DNA of 60,142 nucleotides from Myxococcota bacterium (GTDB taxonomy: Bacteria; Myxococcota_A; UBA9042; DTJE01), in assembly GCA_029975745.1 (NCBI GenBank), contig JARKOL010000155.1:1-60142 (forward strand), written 5' to 3'. The notes beneath the pieces were generated by a model, which was given only the letters and a program-made list of their open reading frames with translations, was not told where the DNA came from and did not search any database. This document shows positions 55,691 through 60,142 of the stretch, piece by piece. Both the position numbers and the translations under genes were made by a program. Within the stretch, counting starts at the first letter, position 1. The number at the start of each line of letters is the position of its first letter.

Positions 55691-56460
55691 GCCGTTTCGT
55701 CGGCCTGGACATCGGCTCCAGCGCGACGAAGGGCGCGCTGGTCTGCGACGGGCAGGTGCTGCGCTGCGTGATCGTCCCTTCCATGCCCGACATGCTGGCG
55801 GCCGCTCGCCAGGCGGTCGCCGCGCTGGAGGCCGGCGACGCCCCGGTGCTGACAACCGGCTACGGCCGAGCGCTGTTCGAGCCTCGGATCGCCCAGGTCA
55901 GCGAGATCACGGCCCTGGCCGCCGGAATCGGACGCCTGCATCCCGAGGCAAAGACCGTCGTGGACATCGGTGGCCAGGACTCCAAGGTCGTCCGTGTCGC
56001 GGAAGGTCGCGTGGCCGATTTTGCGATGAACGACCGCTGCGCGGCGGGCACCGGGCGTTTCCTGGAGGTCATGAGCCGCGTGCTGCACGTCCCGTTCGAT
56101 CGCTTCGACCAGGTCGCGGCATCGGATGTCGCCCCGCTGCCTGTGACCAGCACCTGCACCGTGTTCGCCGAGTCCGAGGTGGTCGGCCTGCTGTCGGGCC
56201 AGGCGCCGCCCGCGGGCATCCTCAAGGGCGTCATGGCGTCGATCAGCGTCCGGATCGCCGCGCTGGCAAGACAGGTCGGGCTGGCCGCTCCGGTCTTCGC
56301 CACCGGGGGCGCGATGCACTCGCAGGCCCTGGTCGCGGCCCTGTCCGACGCCCTGGGGATGCCGGTCCAGGTGCCCGAAGCCCCCCAGACCGTGACGGCC
56401 CGCGGCGCGGCCTGGCTGTGCGCCCAGCGTCAGTCCCCGAACCGATCCACCGGCGTGTGA
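55687..56460 (+). CDS. BadF/BadG/BcrA/BcrD-type ATPase (HgdC-like archerase/activator)
   Basis: The ATG overlaps the upstream stop (ATGA). Blocks are GLDIGSSATKG, DIGGQDSKVV, MNDRCAAGTGRFLE and TSTCTVFAESEVV, the last two carrying the cluster-bridging Cys residues. Confidence 0.88.
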   Translation: MSRFVGLDIGSSATKGALVCDGQVLRCVIVPSMPDMLAAARQAVAALEAGDAPVLTTGYGRALFEPRIAQVSEITALAAGIGRLHPEAKTVVDIGGQDSKVVRVAEGRVADFAMNDRCAAGTGRFLEVMSRVLHVPFDRFDQVAASDVAPLPVTSTCTVFAESEVVGLLSGQAPPAGILKGVMASISVRIAALARQVGLAAPVFATGGAMHSQALVAALSDALGMPVQVPEAPQTVTARGAAWLCAQRQSPNRSTGV

Positions 56461-57482
56461 CAGTAGGGCACGCTGCCCTTGTGTTCGTAGTAGTCCTGGT
56501 GGTAGTCCTCGGCGGGCCAGAAGGTCGTGGCCGGTTCCAGGCGCGTCGCCACCTCGAAGCCGCGTGCGACCAGGGTCCGCATCAGCCGCATGGCCGCGTC
56601 CCGCTGCGCGTCATCCTGGTAGAACACGACCGATCGATACTGCTGCCCGATGTCCGGTCCCTGGCGGTCCACCTGAGTCGGGTCATGGATCTCGAAGAAC
56701 CGGCGGGCCAGCGCCTCGTAGGTCACGCGGGACGGGTCAAAGACGACCCGCACCACCTCGACGTGACCGGTCGCCCCGGAACAGACCTGCCGGTAGGTCG
56801 GGGAATCGACGTGCCCGCCCATGTACCCGGATTCGGCGGACAGCACGCCGTCCATTCGCTCGAACCAGTACTCGACGCCCCAGAAGCAGCCCCCCGCGAA
56901 GAACGCCTGGGCCGTCCTCGATGCCGTGGACGGCTCCCGCTGGCCCGGAGCGCAGGTGCCCGCCGAGGCCGTGGCCCCGGGGAGCACCGCGGCGCCGTCG
57001 CCCTCCCCACCGGAAGACACGAACGAAAGCGACAGCGAGTTCACGCAATGGCGAGTCTGCCGGGCGGTGAACCCCTCGCCCCGGAACACGTGCCCCAGGT
57101 GCCCGCCACACTGGGCGCACACGATCTCGGTGCGGGCCCCATCCGCGTCGGGCACCTCGCGCACCGCGCCATCCAGCGCCTGATCGAAACTGGGCCACCC
57201 GGTGCCCGAGTCGAACTTGGCCCCGGAGGCGAACAGCGGGGCCCCGCAACGACGACACGCGTAGGTGCCGGCCTCGTGGTGATTCCAGAAGCGCCCGGAG
57301 AACGGTGGCTCGGTGCCCCGAAACTCGATGATTCGGCGCTCCTCGGGGGTCAGGGGGCTTGGATTCATCGGGTCATTCCTCGTCTTCGAAGAAGGGGCAT
57401 CCGCCCAGGTCCACCCGGCGACCACGGCCACGACGGCGGCCGCGCCCAGCATCGGAAACAGGATGGACGACATGGATCTCAT
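56430..57482 (-). CDS. Secreted bifunctional methionine sulfoxide reductase (MsrB domain then MsrA domain)
   Basis: Signal peptide MRSMSSILFPMLGAAAVVAVVAGWTWA. MsrB blocks are YACRRCGAPLF, GWPSF, CAQCGGHLGHVF and RHCVNS. MsrA blocks are GGCFWGVE and GHVEVVRV. Confidence 0.9.
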   Translation of the reverse strand: MRSMSSILFPMLGAAAVVAVVAGWTWADAPSSKTRNDPMNPSPLTPEERRIIEFRGTEPPFSGRFWNHHEAGTYACRRCGAPLFASGAKFDSGTGWPSFDQALDGAVREVPDADGARTEIVCAQCGGHLGHVFRGEGFTARQTRHCVNSLSLSFVSSGGEGDGAAVLPGATASAGTCAPGQREPSTASRTAQAFFAGGCFWGVEYWFERMDGVLSAESGYMGGHVDSPTYRQVCSGATGHVEVVRVVFDPSRVTYEALARRFFEIHDPTQVDRQGPDIGQQYRSVVFYQDDAQRDAAMRLMRTLVARGFEVATRLEPATTFWPAEDYHQDYYEHKGSVPYCHTPVDRFGD

Positions 57483-57567
57483 GACCGGTCCCCTCGCCGC
57501 GGACCCGGCTCCGCCCGGTCAATCTGGGAACTTCGCGTCCGAAACGCAAGCCCGCCAACCGCGGACC

Positions 57568-58332
57568 TCAGTCGCTGGCCGGCCGGGACTCGCCAATGCG
57601 GCGGGCCAGCACGATCGCCTCGTGCCCCCGATCGAACCGATGCCGATTGCGACGCATCCAGGCGAACAGCAGGCCCCAGGGCAGGCAGTGCGTGACCCCC
57701 CAGGAAAGGAACCCCAGGTCCCAGGCGCGCACGCCCGTGCTGACGCGGGTTCGCTCCCTGGCCGTTCCGGTGATCGGCGGCGACCGCTTCAGAACGGTGT
57801 AGGCGCGACGCATGGCCCACAGCACCGGAAAGGTGATATCCCAGATCTGGATCGTCTGATACCCCACCTCGGCCAGGAGCCCCCGGAGCGCCTCGGGATC
57901 ATAGCGACGCACATGACCGTACAGGTCGTCGTCCCAGCGCCATTCCCGATTCGGATGCGTCGGCACCGTCAGCACCAGGTGCCCCCCAGGGGGCTGCAGG
58001 CCGGCCACGACCGCCAGCGCCTGGCGATCGCCCTCGATGTGTTCCAGCACGTCCAGCATGACGACGGTCTGGAACGGCCCCCCGTGGAACGCGGCCAGGT
58101 CGCCCTGGACCACCTGGACTCCGGGCGTGCCGGAAAGCACCTGCCGGGCCACGTCCAGCGCGACATCCGACATGTCCAGCGCCACGCCGTCCCAGCCCCG
58201 GCGCGCCAGGCGCATCGCCACGTCGCCGCGCCCGCAACCGGCGTCCAGGAACGGCCCCCGCAGCCCGTACCGGTCCGCCAGCGCATCGAGTTCGTTCAGG
58301 ATGTGGTCCTTGAATGGTGCGAAACTGGCCAT
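57568..58332 (-). CDS. Class I SAM-dependent methyltransferase with a hydrophobic C-terminal extension
   Basis: 254 aa. Motif I is FLDAGCGRGDVAMRLA; later VVMLDVLEHI. The substrate is unknown. Confidence 0.75.
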   Translation of the reverse strand: MASFAPFKDHILNELDALADRYGLRGPFLDAGCGRGDVAMRLARRGWDGVALDMSDVALDVARQVLSGTPGVQVVQGDLAAFHGGPFQTVVMLDVLEHIEGDRQALAVVAGLQPPGGHLVLTVPTHPNREWRWDDDLYGHVRRYDPEALRGLLAEVGYQTIQIWDITFPVLWAMRRAYTVLKRSPPITGTARERTRVSTGVRAWDLGFLSWGVTHCLPWGLLFAWMRRNRHRFDRGHEAIVLARRIGESRPASD

Positions 58333-58410
58333 GTTCCGGTTCCCGCCCGTTCTGAAAGACTGCCCCCCGACGCCGTCCCGCGCAAATTTCAGAGCACCGC
58401 GGCGCCCGCG

Positions 58411-59679
58411 CTATCCGCGTCCCTCGTACATCAGCAGCCGGCACTCCAGGTCGCCGTTGAACACCGCCTGCCATCGGTCCGGACGCGGCATCGCCTGCTC
58501 GATGGCCCGATCACCGGCCAGGACCGCAATGTCCCACCCCTGTTGCCGCAACAGCACCTGGGCAATCTCGGGGTACAGGGCCGCATCCGTGGCCAGTCGT
58601 AGGCCGTAGGGCGGGTTGGTCGCGATCAGCCCGGGCTCGCCCGACAGCGCCAGCGCGGCGATCGGCTGGCGCACGCACTCGATCCGCACCCCCGCCAGCC
58701 GGGCGTTGGCGCGGGTCAATTCCACCGCCTGGGGATCCACGTCCAGGGCCCGGATCGCCGCGGGCGCCGGCCGCGCGGCCTCCCGGGCCTGGGCCCGCAT
58801 CCAAGCCATCGTGCGCGCGTCCTCGGACGAAAACGAGGCCCACCGCTCGAATCCCATGCGGGGCCGCAACAGGCCGGGTGCCACTCGGCAGGCCCGCATC
58901 GCCGCCTCGATCGCAAGGGTACCCGACCCGCACATCGGATCGACGAACGGCCGCTCGGGATCCCATTTCGCAAGGCGCAGGATCGCGGCGGCCAGCGTCT
59001 CCTTCAGCGGCGCCTCCAGTGCGTTCGCCCGGTAGCCGCGGCGATGCAGCGACTCGCCCGCCAGGTCCAGATAGACCGTGACGCGATCGGCCACCAGGTG
59101 GACAAAGACGTGAACGTCGGGGTCCTTGCGATCCACCGACGGCCGCTCGCCCAGGCGCTCGCGCAGCGGATCGACGATGGCATCCTTCGTTCGCTGGGCG
59201 ATGAAGTTCGTGTGGGTCAGGGCGCTGTCGCGGCAGTACGCCGTCACCGCCAGCGTCGTCCGGGGCGTCAGGAAGCGCGACCAGTCGATCGACCGGACCG
59301 CCTGGTACAGCCCGTCCCCGCCGACGGCGTCGAACGTGCCCAGCGGGTGCAGGATTCGCAGGGCGATCCGGCTGTGCAGGCATGCCCGCCATCCATCGGA
59401 CCAGCCGCCCTCGAAATGGACGCCTCCCCGGTCGGCGCGAACTCGGCGCAGGCGCAGTTCCCGCAACTCGTCCCGCAGGGCCCCCTCGGTGCCCTTCGCG
59501 GCGGTCGCGAAGAAGGCCAGCCGTTCGCCCGAGTCCCCCTCTCGCGACAGCGCGGGGTCCGGAAGTCCCGCCCCCCGCTCGACCGGCGCCGCCCGGGGCG
59601 CCTCGGCCGGCCGGTCGCCCGCCGACCGATGTGCCCGAGCCGCCCGGGGTCCCGGCCCCTCTCGCCTGACGATCTTCAT
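58411..59679 (-). CDS. THUMP-domain class I SAM-dependent RNA methyltransferase (RlmL/YpsC-like)
   Basis: THUMP-type N-terminal region (FFATAAKGTEGALRDEL...), then DPMCGSGTLAIEAA and the NPPYG catalytic motif. The ATG overlaps the ogt stop. Confidence 0.85.
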   Translation of the reverse strand: MKIVRREGPGPRAARAHRSAGDRPAEAPRAAPVERGAGLPDPALSREGDSGERLAFFATAAKGTEGALRDELRELRLRRVRADRGGVHFEGGWSDGWRACLHSRIALRILHPLGTFDAVGGDGLYQAVRSIDWSRFLTPRTTLAVTAYCRDSALTHTNFIAQRTKDAIVDPLRERLGERPSVDRKDPDVHVFVHLVADRVTVYLDLAGESLHRRGYRANALEAPLKETLAAAILRLAKWDPERPFVDPMCGSGTLAIEAAMRACRVAPGLLRPRMGFERWASFSSEDARTMAWMRAQAREAARPAPAAIRALDVDPQAVELTRANARLAGVRIECVRQPIAALALSGEPGLIATNPPYGLRLATDAALYPEIAQVLLRQQGWDIAVLAGDRAIEQAMPRPDRWQAVFNGDLECRLLMYEGRG

Positions 59680-60142
59680 CGTGGATCTGCCTCGCTCGCC
59701 CCCAACGCCCCATCAGGCCAGGCAATGCCCTCGATCGCCAGCAGCCGCCGCTTGACGTCCGCCCCTCCTGCCGAAAAGCCCCCCAGACCGCCTCGCCCAA
59801 CGATCCGGTGGCAAGGCACCACCAGGGGCACGGGGTTGGTCGCCATCGCCCGCCCCACCGCCCGCGCGGCCCCGGGCCGTCCGACCTGGGTCGCCAGCGC
59901 GCCGTAGGTGGCCACCTGGCCGGCCTCGACCGCGCGGGCGGCCGTGCGAACCCGCGTCGCGAAGGGCGACCAGTCCGACGCATCGACCGGAATGTCCGTG
60001 AATCCCTGGGGCGTCCCCGCCAGGTGCCGGATGACGCGCCCCGCCAGGTCGGCCACCCACGGGAATTCCACGTCGCCCGCCGTGGCCCCCGTCCACGGGA
60101 GGGCCTCGTCGGGCACCGCGCCCAGGGCCGACTCGCCCAGTT
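59676..60142 (-). CDS. ogt: Methylated-DNA--protein-cysteine methyltransferase (5' end probably outside window)
   Basis: Active-site block VPCHRIVGRGGLGGFSAG, preceded by VATYGALATQVGRPGAARAVGRAMATNP. The frame stays open upstream of the GTG at 60116 to the window edge. Confidence 0.85.
   Translation of the reverse strand, partial: LGESALGAVPDEALPWTGATAGDVEFPWVADLAGRVIRHLAGTPQGFTDIPVDASDWSPFATRVRTAARAVEAGQVATYGALATQVGRPGAARAVGRAMATNPVPLVVPCHRIVGRGGLGGFSAGGADVKRRLLAIEGIAWPDGALGASEADPR

Noticed and set aside
56430-56460. 31-nt 3'-3' overlap between the HgdC-like ATPase gene and the msrB/msrA gene
   Set aside because: Both ORFs have strong family motifs up to their ends. Convergent overlaps of this size are common in compact GC-rich genomes, and there is no evidence of antisense regulation.
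1-60142. Scan for CRISPR arrays, tRNA/rRNA/tmRNA genes, IS elements and reverse transcriptases
   Set aside because: I saw no regularly spaced repeats, no cloverleaf-compatible intergenic sequence (the largest intergenic gaps were read individually), and no transposase or RT motifs. The scan was done by eye only, so small ncRNAs could have been missed.

Overview
About 60 kb of a very GC-rich bacterial chromosome (roughly two-thirds to 70% G+C by eye, not computed). The organism looks diderm: it has a TonB-dependent receptor, an outer-membrane beta-barrel and many lipobox proteins. About 50 protein genes are supportable. Many of the longest ORFs in the track are GC-driven shadow ORFs, rich in Arg/Pro/Gly/Ala and lying opposite or out of frame to real genes; I rejected these. 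Housekeeping genes are def, rpsB-tsf-pyrH-frr, dnaB, mutL-miaA, dksA, msrB/msrA, a THUMP RNA methyltransferase and ogt. Five loci deserve a second look. (1) A minus-strand operon at 3830-8509 is controlled by a cobalamin riboswitch: small lipoprotein, lipoprotein, BtuB-like TonB receptor, then a YVTN beta-propeller lipoprotein. (2) A four-gene cassette at 12762-16081 has two radical-SAM enzymes (one SPASM type) preceded by two paralogous small HxsD-like proteins, with no His-Xaa-Ser precursor in view. This is my best candidate for a poorly described system. (3) A translationally coupled def-archease-rtcB unit is split by about 4.4 kb of oppositely oriented DNA. The insert carries a HipA/YjjJ-like HTH-kinase and a large lipoprotein, and is bracketed by 143-bp direct repeats that duplicate the archease-3'/rtcB-5' junction. 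(4) A plus-strand run at 32083-42537 encodes secreted Ntn-hydrolase-type amidases, an OM barrel and Cys-rich lipoproteins. It ends with a sphingosine-1-phosphate-lyase-like PLP enzyme and a radical-SAM-fold protein with a non-canonical CX25CX2C motif. (5) An orphan three-gene module of the 2-hydroxyacyl-CoA dehydratase / BcrAD-ATPase type lies at 53373-56460. A C10 homopolymer interrupts the reading frame of an esterase lipoprotein. I recognised no rRNA, tRNA, CRISPR array, transposase or integrase. All family assignments come from motifs read by eye; no database search was run.
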